A stretch of DNA of 28,823 nt from Candidatus Micrarchaeota archaeon (GCA_043803585.1 JAZDJV010000088.1:1-28823); one strand, 5' to 3'; counted from the stretch's first letter, positions 1 through 8,905 are shown. Notes: generated by a model from the sequence alone, not told the origin. Program-made: numbers and translations.

Positions 1-281
1 GCCGGAAGCCTTACGAATCTGACGTGCGGCTCGACCGGGGTCTCGCTCGCGTTCACAAGGTTCAGAGATTTTATCGCGCTCTCAGCAGCCTCGATTATCG
101 AGTAGGGCTTTGTAATCAACTCGTCAGCCAGGTCAGTGTCAAACTGCTCAAGCTTGCCGTATTCGATTTCAAGCGTTTTTTTCTCAGGAAAGTGCTCCGC
201 TATCTTGTCAAGCTCGTTCTTGTAGACAGTGCTGAAGAACTCCTCGAATTTCTGCGTATAAGCTGTTGTGACGTCCGGCAT
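1..281 (-). CDS. mcm: MCM replicative helicase, N-terminal part (gene runs off the window edge)
   Basis: Absent from the ORF track because no stop is reached. Hand translation from the ATG at 281: MPDVTTAYTQKFEEFFSTVYKNELDKIAEHFPEKKTLEIEYGKLEQFDTDLADELITKPYSIIEAAESAIKSLNLVNASETPVEPHVRFVRLP. This fits the archaeal MCM N-terminal subdomain A pattern (F-e-e-F...yP...l.id..dL..fd.eLa..l...P...i..ae.Ai). A purine-rich RBS (GAGAAGGGG) lies upstream. Confidence 0.85.
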   Translation of the reverse strand, partial: MPDVTTAYTQKFEEFFSTVYKNELDKIAEHFPEKKTLEIEYGKLEQFDTDLADELITKPYSIIEAAESAIKSLNLVNASETPVEPHVRFVRLP

Positions 282-359
282 GAAATATTCGCCCCTTCTC
301 TGTTAGAATCAGCGGGTTATATTTGGGGGATTGGGGATATAAATTACTGCCGTCTGAAA

Positions 360-1790
360 TCATTTGAACTGGTATTTCGACCACGGGTCGTATGAAGAAG
401 AGCCCGTCTGCCCGGCTTTTTTGCTCGGAGAAGCTGGGAAAAGCTTCCCTTTGTACTTAAAGAGCACCAGAACGGCGATAAGGGCGATTGCGATGATTAC
501 ATAGGTCATGTTTATTCCGCCTGCGGGCTTGACCACCACCGGATCGCATAAACATGTGCTTGTGTTAAGTGCATAGCCCGAGTCGCAGGTTATGTCGCAT
601 CCTTCCGGGATGTAATTGGTTATTATTCCTTTTATTTCGTCTATCCCCGATTCAATGTCATCGTATTTCAGTTTGACCGCCAGGCATAGGGTCACGTTTT
701 TGTCGGCGTCGCAGTTCGACAGGCTCTGATTGATCAGATCCCAGAGCTCGTCCATTTTGCTTTTTATGCCAGAATAAGTATCTGGTATCTCTTTTTCTGT
801 TATGTTCTCCTGCAGAATGCCATACTGGCCAGAATAATTCATCAGTTTTATCTGTATGTCAGCCCTTTCCCGGGCATCTTCGCCGTTTTCAATTCTTTCA
901 ATAAGGGTAGAATAAAATTGGCTTACTTTTGTGTCAAGCCCGTCAAATATGCTGTCAACAATGACTTTGTTTGAATCCATTTCCGCGGACTTCACGTCCA
1001 CGCTGTTTTCCAGTGAAACAGAATCAAGAAAAACATTTATCAGGAGGCTTCTTTCGTCACTTGTAAGCTCGCCTGCGGCGTGCTTTTCATTGACCTCGGT
1101 TTTGAATTCTGTTGAAGCATCCGCGGCATATGATATAGACTCAAGGAGGCTGTTCTCGGATGAGAACATTGAACTGAAGCTGGAAGCAAGGGAGTCTATA
1201 TCAGATACGCTGGCCCCATCAATCGTTGTAATCAGAGTCAGCTTCAGCCGGATTTCCGACACCTTGTCCATCAGATTGTCCGCGTATTCAGAAGCGCTGT
1301 TTATTGTGCTTTCAAACGCGCCAAGCTTTGTAAATGAATCGTAAACAGTTTTGTTTACATACGGTTTTACGTCGCTGTTAAGCATTTCGAGTTTTCCGTT
1401 CAGGCTGTATTTTGTGCTGCTTGCAAAATCAGAAACAGCGCTTAAGACCTGGTCCAGGTTGTTTTCCTTGAAAAAGTTGGCCACATAATGGGTTTTTAGC
1501 GCGTCTTTCACGCTTTCGTCTGATTCAACCAGGCCCGTATCAACGTTCACAGGGATCATGGCCATCAGCTGGCCAACTCTTTTGATTTCAAACACCCAGT
1601 AAAGGCTTGAGCCGCCGTAAACCTGCATCTGGGGCGCCATGTTCGGCTGTTCGTTTATGAATATGTAAGGCCCCGCCGCAGTTTGGGCGTCGCTCACGCT
1701 CACTGCAGCGAAGCCTGAGGCGGCCGTAATCACGGCGAGGATGGCTGCTGCTATCCACGAAATAATCATCCGCATTCTGTCGCTTGCCAT
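360..1790 (-). CDS. Membrane-anchored surface protein of unknown function (signal peptide, long helical region, Cys-rich neck, C-terminal TM helix)
   Basis: 476-aa ORF with a hydrophobic N-terminus (IIISWIAAAILAVITAASGFAA), a Cys cluster CDITCDSGYALNTSTCLCDP, and TM helix YVIIAIALIAVLVLF followed by basic KYKGK. Confidence 0.8.
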   Translation of the reverse strand: MASDRMRMIISWIAAAILAVITAASGFAAVSVSDAQTAAGPYIFINEQPNMAPQMQVYGGSSLYWVFEIKRVGQLMAMIPVNVDTGLVESDESVKDALKTHYVANFFKENNLDQVLSAVSDFASSTKYSLNGKLEMLNSDVKPYVNKTVYDSFTKLGAFESTINSASEYADNLMDKVSEIRLKLTLITTIDGASVSDIDSLASSFSSMFSSENSLLESISYAADASTEFKTEVNEKHAAGELTSDERSLLINVFLDSVSLENSVDVKSAEMDSNKVIVDSIFDGLDTKVSQFYSTLIERIENGEDARERADIQIKLMNYSGQYGILQENITEKEIPDTYSGIKSKMDELWDLINQSLSNCDADKNVTLCLAVKLKYDDIESGIDEIKGIITNYIPEGCDITCDSGYALNTSTCLCDPVVVKPAGGINMTYVIIAIALIAVLVLFKYKGKLFPASPSKKAGQTGSSSYDPWSKYQFK

Positions 1791-1823
1791 GCTCCCAGCC
1801 TAATCAAAAAGAGAATATAAAGG

Positions 1824-1846
1824 TTCTGCGGTGGATGGCCGCAGAA
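1824..1846 (-). terminator. Intergenic hairpin followed by a T-rich tract; likely terminator of the lipoprotein gene
   Basis: Perfect 8-bp stem TTCTGCGG / CCGCAGAA with a 7-nt loop. On the minus strand it is followed by CCTTTATATTCTCTTTTT, which also contains a TATA-like box for the next gene. Confidence 0.45.
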
Positions 1847-1863
1847 GATTTGATTTGGATTTA

Positions 1864-3420
1864 TCAGCTCCCGTTTGTGCTGTGATTCATTCCACTTGTT
1901 GAAGTGCTGTTCCCTCCGCCGCCCCCACTGCTGCTGTTTGTGCTTGTGGCGTTTACAACTCCAGAATAATTTCCGCCAGCCCCGCCAGAGCTTGTTTCAT
2001 TTGTCGGCACAGAGGCGCCACCTCCGCCGCCAGAGCTGGAATTCATCGTCGGGCAGCCGTCGTCAGGCATGTCAACGCATCCGCTCCATTTGTAAATTGT
2101 TCCACTGCTTGACGTTGTCATTACACAGAATTTCATGCCTGTGCATCCCTGCGAGGTTGTGCACCAAGCTGTTGCGCCAGGTTCGCATTCTTCTGTTTGA
2201 TTTGTCAGGTATGAAACGCACGCGCCGTTTGCATCATGTGCATAACCATCAAAGCACACTGTTTTGACGCCGCATTTCCCGTTGCTTGCGTAGTATGTCG
2301 TCGATAAATTTTCATTTTGCTCGCAGTATGCAACATAATATCCATTCTGCGCAATTGTTGTGGGTATCGGGCACGCTTCGTATTCTGTTTTCCACTGTCC
2401 GTTTATACACACTGAGTATTTCAGCATGCCGCCTGAGCAGATTTTTTCAGTTATCGCCCCCTCTTCGCATGTGGTCTGCGATGGGCAAGCCGTTTTCGGA
2501 TTTTCAATGCACTTCAATTCGTCGCTGTCAGTGCAGATGCACCAGCTGACTTTGGTTCCGTCGCTGCACATAAAAGACGTCGGCTCGCAGCCAATCTGCC
2601 CCTGTTCTGTCGGACTGCCGCCGTCAAAAACGATAAAAGTCGCGTATTCAAAATTCTCATTTGCCTCCAAAAGGGTGATGACAGCCCTGCCTTCTGTTAC
2701 TGACTGTTCGTTTGTTATCGTGCGCTTGGTTTCCCAGTTGCCGTTTGCGGCATCGCTGTATTCAACCACGACTGTTACGACAGGTTGAGATGCGTCTGTC
2801 GAATCTGTGCTTGATTCCGCTTCTTCCCAAAACCCGGCAAGCCTTATTTTGTACGGATTTCCGTGGCTATCAAACAAATCAGTTATTTTGACCGGCTGGC
2901 CAAGCTTAAGCTGGAATTTCTGGCCGGTTGTTGCGTAAATTCCATACATGCTTTCTTCCACGCTTGTTTCGTTTGTGACAACACCAATCGGAGTTATAAT
3001 CCCGATTCCGTTGTTGTTTCCGCTTTCTTCACCGTACTCATAAATTCCCTTGGTCAGCGATTTAAGCATGTCGGCGAGCTCGCCCGTGCAGGAGTCCAGA
3101 AGCTCGATGGTTGTAAGGTCAGAGTCAAATGTTATCGCGTCTGTTGGTATGGCGCACGTCATTTCCTTTCCTTCAAACGCCGGAACGCTTTCAAATTCGT
3201 CAATCATTACGCTGATTTCGCAGGCATCATCCGTGCCCCCTTTGATTTCCAGGCTCGTTGTTATTCCAGAATCATTCAAAGTTGCTATTGCCGGCGAGCA
3301 GGTTTTTGCGTACAGGGCGAAACAAATAGGATCGTCGCCGCAATCTTTTACTCCGCCGCCCACGCAGCCGGTTAATCCGACTATAACAGTCAATAATACA
3401 ATTAGTATAGCATATTTCAT
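1864..3420 (-). CDS. Cys-rich lipoprotein / surface glycoprotein with a Gly/Ser/Asn low-complexity tail
   Basis: ATG at 3420 gives MKYAILIVLLTVIVGLTGC, a lipobox-like signal (the track starts at GTG 3429). Many Cys modules, repeated NSSSGGGGG, and many N-x-S/T sequons. Confidence 0.8.
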   Translation of the reverse strand: MKYAILIVLLTVIVGLTGCVGGGVKDCGDDPICFALYAKTCSPAIATLNDSGITTSLEIKGGTDDACEISVMIDEFESVPAFEGKEMTCAIPTDAITFDSDLTTIELLDSCTGELADMLKSLTKGIYEYGEESGNNNGIGIITPIGVVTNETSVEESMYGIYATTGQKFQLKLGQPVKITDLFDSHGNPYKIRLAGFWEEAESSTDSTDASQPVVTVVVEYSDAANGNWETKRTITNEQSVTEGRAVITLLEANENFEYATFIVFDGGSPTEQGQIGCEPTSFMCSDGTKVSWCICTDSDELKCIENPKTACPSQTTCEEGAITEKICSGGMLKYSVCINGQWKTEYEACPIPTTIAQNGYYVAYCEQNENLSTTYYASNGKCGVKTVCFDGYAHDANGACVSYLTNQTEECEPGATAWCTTSQGCTGMKFCVMTTSSSGTIYKWSGCVDMPDDGCPTMNSSSGGGGGASVPTNETSSGGAGGNYSGVVNATSTNSSSGGGGGNSTSTSGMNHSTNGS

Positions 3421-3488
3421 CAAAATCACCTTGATTACATTAGGCCGGACTGATATAAAAAGAATGAGTTTTGGTTAGGCGCAGGAAT

Positions 3489-6203
3489 CTAAGAATTCTC
3501 AATCGCTTCCATCATTTTCTTGACTGCCTGGTAAGCCTCTTCGGATTTGCCCTTGTCCGGGCCGCCGCCTTTCCACTCCATGTGGTCGTAAATCTTTGTT
3601 TCTCCGATTTTTCCGCCGAGGATTGAAGCGGCTTTTTCGGCCATAGCTTTTATGTTGTGCGGGCATTCGGTGCCCCTGACTGCGTAAACCATGCCCGTTG
3701 AAATGAGAACGACGCCCGCCTTGCTGTCCTCTTTGATGCGCTTTCTGCCGATTTCCTGCAGCATTTTCATGTCGGCGTGGCCTATGAACTCAACGTTGTC
3801 CTCAAGCTTGTATTCGCTTGCTTTTGAAATCGACTCTTTTCTGATCTTCTTGAACTCCTCTCTGTATATTCCGTCAAGCTCCCGCAGAGATTTGTCCCCG
3901 AGCCTGAGGTTTGAGTTCATTTCAAGTATTTTCTTCATCAGCGTCGCGGTTTTCTCATCTTCCTCTGTGTCTGAAAGCTCTTCGTAGTCCTTGATCGCTT
4001 CGTTTCCCGCGACAAATTCAATTCTTATCACGCCGTCCTGTATTTTCTTTGCGCGCAGAATTTTTATCCGCTCAACCTGGCCCGTGCTTGTGCAATGCGT
4101 TCCTCCGCAGGCCTCAACATCAAAGCCAGGTATCTCGACTATCCTCAGTTTTTTTGAAGGCACGGCTCCGCCCTGATAAATCCTGAAGCTGAATTTTTCC
4201 TCAGCCTCTTCCCTCGGAAGCACGTGCGTGTTAACAGGAATATCCCTCGAAATCTCCTCGTTTGCAGTTTTTTCAATCTCATCAAGCTGGGTCTGGCTCG
4301 GTATTTCATAGTGCGTGATGTCAAGCCTGGCTTTGTCGATTTTTTTCTCAGATCCAGCCTGCCAGATGTGCTTGCCCAGCACTTTCTGGCACGAACCGTT
4401 GATAATGTGCGTGCCTGTGTGGTGCCTCATCAGCTGTTTTCTGCGCTTTTCGTCAACCCTCCCGTGGACAAGCGTTCCCTTGACAAATTTGCCTTCTGTT
4501 TCGTGCAGTATTACGTCCTCTATTTTCTGCACGTCCTTTACTTTGAACCTGTCAATGTAGCCCAGATCATAATCCTGTCCGCCTGACTCTGGATAGAACG
4601 CCGTCTTGTCAAGCACAATATACTGCCTGTCTCCAAGATCAAAGCATTCAAGCACGTAAGCCTTGAAGTCGTAGACGCCGTCACTATAATACAGCTTCTC
4701 AGTTTTCGGGAAGTTTGTCACGTCAAAGACGTGCTTCTCCTTTTTCTGCCTTGCAGGCTTGTGAAGCTCTGTGAGCCTGCCGTAGAAATCTTCCGGCAGA
4801 TTAACCTCAACTTTCATCCCCTTTGCGATTTCGTGCACCAGCTCGGGCGTTATTCCGTCTGAATCGTAAAGCGTGAGCATTTTCTCAATTGTCAAATCCT
4901 CAGGATTTTCAAGCTCTTTCTCAACAATGGCCTTGGCTCTTTTCATCGTCTCCCTGTACTTCATCTCTTCGTTCGCGATTATGTCGCGCGTGTCTGTGAT
5001 TGTTTTCATGAATTCGGGGAACAAGGGCTCGAGATATTTGGCGTGCATTTCGGCGATTTCGCCGAGGTCAACATTCCATTTGTACTGGTCAATGAATCCG
5101 AAAGCCCTGCGCGCAATCACCCTCAGGTTGTGCCCCCCGCCTGCGTTTGACGGCAGCATGCCGTCTGAAATGGCGAACAGAAGAGCCCGCGCGTGGTCTG
5201 CGACAGCGTAAAGGGCCTGCACTGGCTCGATTTTTTCCATCAGCTCCTGCTTTGTCACGCCGAGCTGTTTCGCGACTTCGTCCCTTTTCTGGCTCAGATC
5301 GCCGACGTCAATGTCAAGAGCGCCCGCGACTTTGGCGTACCCGTCAAAAAATTCGCGGTCATACTGGACGCCTGTTTTGTCAAACAGCTTTCCCATCACG
5401 TCGCCGAAAGCTGTCTCATAGGCAGTCGGCGTGCCGTTCATGTACCAGCACAGCCTTTCAAGGCCCCAGCCCACGTCAATAACTTTCAGGGGGAGCTCCT
5501 GTTCTTTTCCGTCAGCGTCAAGCGTGAACTGCATGAACACGTTCGTGGTCACTTCAAGCCCGTCGACCATCGTCTCCACGCACGGCCCATAAACAGACAT
5601 GTCAGGCATGGCCCACACGCCTTCAATATAGGTTATTTTCTTGGGCTCGATTTCAAGAACCTGCGTAAGAAAATCGTAGCTCAGATGCAGGCACTCGTCA
5701 ATCCAGTAGTCGCCGAAAGCGTGCTGCCCGGGCATCATAAATCCCGTCAGGTGCCTGCCTGTCACGCCGACATTGGCGATGTCGTTGAATCTAAGGCACA
5801 GCTGGGGCACAATCAGCTTTTTGTTCGGATATTCGAACACGACTTTGTCAGACTCGATTCTCTGAAAATCGACAATAGAAGCGATTGTAAAATCAAGATT
5901 GGGAATCCACCTGCATACCACAGGGTATCTTTTCACTGACTTGTGTCCGCGCGAAACAAAAAACTCCTCGATTTTTCTCCACGTCTTCAGGTAGTCCCAG
6001 TCTTTTTTCTTTTCGCCTATGAATGTGTACTGGTCGCACGGAGGGTCTCCGCAGGTCGTTCTTTCGGGGTCAGCTGACCAGTAGAATTTTCCGCATTTTG
6101 AGCACTGCCTGCGCTCAAATCCTTTCTCCTTGAAGAGCGGCACTTCATAGTACTTCTTCCAGTTCTTCTGGAACTTTTCCCCTACTTCCGACTTTGTGAC
6201 CAT
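3489..6203 (-). CDS. alaS: Alanine--tRNA ligase (archaeal type)
   Basis: Archaeal N-terminal Zn motif CSKCGKFYW...CGDPPC, FTIASIVDFQ, CLRFND, DVGWGLER, ADHARALLFAISDG, editing-domain HHTGTH and CGGTH, and a C-terminal GGG motif. SD GAGGT upstream of the ATG. Confidence 0.98.
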   Translation of the reverse strand: MVTKSEVGEKFQKNWKKYYEVPLFKEKGFERRQCSKCGKFYWSADPERTTCGDPPCDQYTFIGEKKKDWDYLKTWRKIEEFFVSRGHKSVKRYPVVCRWIPNLDFTIASIVDFQRIESDKVVFEYPNKKLIVPQLCLRFNDIANVGVTGRHLTGFMMPGQHAFGDYWIDECLHLSYDFLTQVLEIEPKKITYIEGVWAMPDMSVYGPCVETMVDGLEVTTNVFMQFTLDADGKEQELPLKVIDVGWGLERLCWYMNGTPTAYETAFGDVMGKLFDKTGVQYDREFFDGYAKVAGALDIDVGDLSQKRDEVAKQLGVTKQELMEKIEPVQALYAVADHARALLFAISDGMLPSNAGGGHNLRVIARRAFGFIDQYKWNVDLGEIAEMHAKYLEPLFPEFMKTITDTRDIIANEEMKYRETMKRAKAIVEKELENPEDLTIEKMLTLYDSDGITPELVHEIAKGMKVEVNLPEDFYGRLTELHKPARQKKEKHVFDVTNFPKTEKLYYSDGVYDFKAYVLECFDLGDRQYIVLDKTAFYPESGGQDYDLGYIDRFKVKDVQKIEDVILHETEGKFVKGTLVHGRVDEKRRKQLMRHHTGTHIINGSCQKVLGKHIWQAGSEKKIDKARLDITHYEIPSQTQLDEIEKTANEEISRDIPVNTHVLPREEAEEKFSFRIYQGGAVPSKKLRIVEIPGFDVEACGGTHCTSTGQVERIKILRAKKIQDGVIRIEFVAGNEAIKDYEELSDTEEDEKTATLMKKILEMNSNLRLGDKSLRELDGIYREEFKKIRKESISKASEYKLEDNVEFIGHADMKMLQEIGRKRIKEDSKAGVVLISTGMVYAVRGTECPHNIKAMAEKAASILGGKIGETKIYDHMEWKGGGPDKGKSEEAYQAVKKMMEAIENS

Positions 6204-6208
6204 TTTTT

Positions 6209-6826
6209 TTACCTCATCTTGCCCCTCTTTCTGAAAATCTGCGTGGCCAGTTTTTGTCCTCTTTTTGAAAGATGAATTCTGTAAAATTCTGATGATTCAT
6301 TACCAGTTCTAATAAGACTCTTGGAAGCTTTAAACGCCTGCTCTTTAGTCATCCCTTTTTCTTTCAGCGATTCGTAAATGTCAGCCATTGAAAGCAGCTG
6401 TTTTCCCCTTTTCAAATGCTTTTTTCTAAGGTCCATCCTTCTTCCCTTTTCAGTTCGCGAATAAGTGCGGTGTGCCTCTTTTGCTTTTTCAGATCGGCTG
6501 TATCTTTCACGTGTTTCTTTTCCTTTTTCAGACTGATCGTATTTTTGCCGTGCTGCTTTCCCTTTCTCAGACCAGTTGTATACCGTTTGGTAAGTCGGCT
6601 CCAGCCCAAACGCAATGTTCAGATTTTTTGTCAGGCTTTTTCCTGCCCTTGTATCCACTTTTTCTGCCTCTTCTTTAAGTCTTTGTAAGAAATCAAGCTC
6701 TTCATTCTCGGTTCTTTTAGCGGTGGTTTGAAAATAATGAAAAATGCGATTAATGCCAAATTGTCTATTTTTTTCCAACTCTCTGATTATGTGATTCATC
6801 TGCTCTTTGTCTTCAGCCGTGGTCAT
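6209..6826 (-). CDS. Basic hypothetical protein with a 13-aa tandem repeat
   Basis: 205-aa Lys/Arg-rich ORF filling the HD-alaS gap in the same orientation. AT-richer than its neighbours (21/60 GC in the line at 6241 versus 38/60 at 5161). Confidence 0.7.
   Translation of the reverse strand: MTTAEDKEQMNHIIRELEKNRQFGINRIFHYFQTTAKRTENEELDFLQRLKEEAEKVDTRAGKSLTKNLNIAFGLEPTYQTVYNWSEKGKAARQKYDQSEKGKETRERYSRSEKAKEAHRTYSRTEKGRRMDLRKKHLKRGKQLLSMADIYESLKEKGMTKEQAFKASKSLIRTGNESSEFYRIHLSKRGQKLATQIFRKRGKMR
6437..6580 (-). repeat. About four degenerate 39-nt (13-aa) coding repeats, YxxSEKGK-type
   Basis: YNWSEKGKAARQK / YDQSEKGKETRER / YSRSEKAKEAHRT / YSRTEKGRR, with Tyr at residues 83, 96, 109 and 122. 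Confidence 0.8.
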
Positions 6827-6840
6827 AAAATCAGTTATCC

Positions 6841-8058
6841 TTACGGGTTATTTAAGTATTTCTCCGCCGCTTTTCGGACCTTTTCCTTGTCCTCGGCCCT
6901 GCAGTACACGGAGAAAAGCTCGCTTGTGCCCGTTCTCTTCGAGAGGGCGCGGGCCACGGAAGAAAGCGAATAGAGATTCTCGATCTCGCCGTTTTTCCTG
7001 AGGATGTTTATCGAAGTCTGCTTGAACCTCGGCTCTGACACGTTCAGCGCGTGCGCAGGCAGGCTGACAAGCACGTACCCTTCTTCGATTCCGGCCTTCT
7101 GGCACAGCGATTCCTGTATTCTGTCCTGCCCTATCTCAATGAGCTTGTTTATCCTCTGCACGTCTTCGTTCCTCACTTTCAGCGAGCTTATCTCGTAGGC
7201 TCTTTTGAAAAGTTTTCTGTAGATTATTCTGTCAACAATGTCCGAGCAGTATTTGCCCTGCTCTTTCAGCTTCTGGAGAAGCATGCCGTCTGTCATGAAA
7301 TAAAAGTCAGGAATCTCCTTCAGCGCCCGTTTCATCGCCGACTCAAGCATCCTTTCGGCGATCTGCGCAGTGTGGTGCACGTAAACAGTGGCGTACATGT
7401 GCTCGCGCGCAATCAGGAAAGATTCAAGCGAGCTTATGCCCTTTTCCAGGAAAACCATTTCGTTGTTGAGCACTTTCATTACGTTTATCGTCCTTTCAAT
7501 GTCAATCAGGCCGTATGAAGTGCCCGAGTAGTAGGCGTCTCTTGCCAGATAGTCCATCTGGTCGGCGTCAATCTCGCCGAAAATCATTTTCTGGACAGAT
7601 TTTTTTCCGCCGTACCTTTTGCACACAAGGTCAGCCACGTCCTTCGGATTCAGCCCGTTCTTTTCAAGAATTTCCGGAATCTGGCCCGCGCCCATGTACG
7701 GCGCCTTCTCTTTCCCTGTTATCAGATTGGCTGTGAATTCCATGTGGTCTTTTTCAAAAAGAGGCTCAAGGGTGTGCGAAAACGGGGTGTGCCCCAAATC
7801 ATGAAGCAGTCCGGCTGCCTGCACGAGATTTTTCTCTTGTTCAGGCACTTCAAGCTTCTCTGCTATCTGCGTCGCTACAGTCGAGACGCCGAGCGAATGC
7901 TCAAGCCTCGTGTGATTCGCGCCGGGATAAACGAGCTTTGTCAGGCCCAGCTGAAGAACCCAGGCCAGTCTCTGCACTTCGGGCTGCTCGATTAGCTGCT
8001 CCTGAAGTCCGCTCAATACAAGATGCCCGTGCACAGGGTCGTTGATTGATTTTCCCAT
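6841..8058 (-). CDS. HD-superfamily phosphohydrolase (COG1078 / SAMHD1-like dNTPase family)
   Basis: Motifs INDPVHG, QRLAWVLQLGL, HTRLEHSLGV, AGLLHDLGHTPFSH, IDADQMDYLARDAYYSG and VYVHH. Confidence 0.92.
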   Translation of the reverse strand: MGKSINDPVHGHLVLSGLQEQLIEQPEVQRLAWVLQLGLTKLVYPGANHTRLEHSLGVSTVATQIAEKLEVPEQEKNLVQAAGLLHDLGHTPFSHTLEPLFEKDHMEFTANLITGKEKAPYMGAGQIPEILEKNGLNPKDVADLVCKRYGGKKSVQKMIFGEIDADQMDYLARDAYYSGTSYGLIDIERTINVMKVLNNEMVFLEKGISSLESFLIAREHMYATVYVHHTAQIAERMLESAMKRALKEIPDFYFMTDGMLLQKLKEQGKYCSDIVDRIIYRKLFKRAYEISSLKVRNEDVQRINKLIEIGQDRIQESLCQKAGIEEGYVLVSLPAHALNVSEPRFKQTSINILRKNGEIENLYSLSSVARALSKRTGTSELFSVYCRAEDKEKVRKAAEKYLNNP

Positions 8059-8079
8059 GCCTTATTTGTTGAAATTATG

Positions 8080-8088
8080 TTTAATAAA
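8080..8088. promoter_or_regulatory. Putative shared bidirectional TATA box for the HD gene and rio1
   Basis: TTTAATAAA (+) / TTTATTAAA (-) sits centrally in a 52-bp gap, 31 nt from the rio1 ATG (8111) and 30 nt from the HD ATG (8058). Confidence 0.5.
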
Positions 8089-8110
8089 GACGGCGGTGTA
8101 CATCTTTTTC

Positions 8111-8827
8111 ATGACATTAAAAGAGCAGGGCCTGCTCAAGATTTACCAGCGCGTGTTCGACGAGTACACGCTGCGCGAGCTTGTGAAACTGTCGACAAAA
8201 GGTCATTTCCAGTCCCTGGACTTTCCGATTTCAACCGGGAAAGAGGCCGATGTCTACCGCGCGACAAAGCGCGGGGGCGGGTACATCGCGATAAAGATTT
8301 ACAGAATTGAAATGTCAAACTTCAGAGCCATGCAGAACTATATGATAGGCGACCCGCGCTTCAGAAAAACCGCCATGGACAAAAGAAGCATTGTCACCCA
8401 GTGGTGCCAGAAGGAGTACAGGAACCTACTTGACGCGCGCAAGGCCGGCGTGAGGGTGCCGAAGCCGATAAAGGCTGTTAACAACATTCTTCTTATGGAG
8501 TTTCTCGGCGACAGCAACGGCTGTCCAGCTCCTCTGCTCAGAAGAGTGGCCAAAATTGACGACAAAAAAATCGTGAGCGAGTGGATTCGATACATTGGGC
8601 TCTTATGGAAAAAAGCAGGTATTGTGCACGGCGATTTGAACGAGTATAACACGGTGATCAAGGGAAGAACTCCTTATCTTATAGATATCGGACAGGCAAT
8701 GTCAGTCGAGCATCCGACTGCCAAGGATTTGCTGAAAAGGGACCTGCTGAATGTCAGCAAGTACGCGAAGAAGCACGGCGTGAAGTTCGACGCTGAAAAG
8801 GAGTTCGAGAAGCTGGCGGGACAGTAA
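8111..8827 (+). CDS. rio1: RIO1-family serine/threonine kinase / ATPase
   Basis: ISTGKEADVY, AIKIYR, IGDPRF, W..KEY.NL, catalytic loop IVHGDLNEYN and metal-binding IDIGQA. Start moved from the track's 8042 (which overlaps the HD gene) to the ATG at 8111. Confidence 0.95.
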   Translation: MTLKEQGLLKIYQRVFDEYTLRELVKLSTKGHFQSLDFPISTGKEADVYRATKRGGGYIAIKIYRIEMSNFRAMQNYMIGDPRFRKTAMDKRSIVTQWCQKEYRNLLDARKAGVRVPKPIKAVNNILLMEFLGDSNGCPAPLLRRVAKIDDKKIVSEWIRYIGLLWKKAGIVHGDLNEYNTVIKGRTPYLIDIGQAMSVEHPTAKDLLKRDLLNVSKYAKKHGVKFDAEKEFEKLAGQ

Positions 8828-8838
8828 AAAAGGAAAGC

Positions 8839-8879
8839 TATATAAACAAAAGTTAACATATCTTAATTATATTTAACAT
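8839..8879 (+). promoter_or_regulatory. TATA box plus candidate operator for the MNT/HEPN pair
   Basis: TATATAAA at 8839-8846 after a purine-rich BRE-like AGGAAAG. Downstream are TTAACAT direct repeats at 8853 and 8873 (20-bp spacing) that also form an imperfect inverted repeat. The region is AT-rich, so chance is possible. Confidence 0.35.
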
Positions 8880-8905
8880 GAAATTTCAGTTGGCGGCTGA
8901 TAGCC

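Noticed and set aside
24-395. 123-aa plus-strand ORF in the track
   Set aside because: Antisense shadow of the mcm 5' region, which has clear family motifs.
5193-5939. 248-aa plus-strand ORF
   Set aside because: Entirely antisense to alaS, with no motifs or RBS; typical shadow ORF.
6841-8058. HD protein as a SAMHD1-like antiviral system
   Set aside because: COG1078 proteins are widespread housekeeping genes. This one has core-like codon usage and no defence-island context.
8042-8110. N-terminal extensions given by the ORF track (rio1; also 19457, 19830 and 22869 starts)
   Set aside because: They overlap neighbouring genes or promoters and lack family similarity. Downstream starts with SD or TATA support were chosen.
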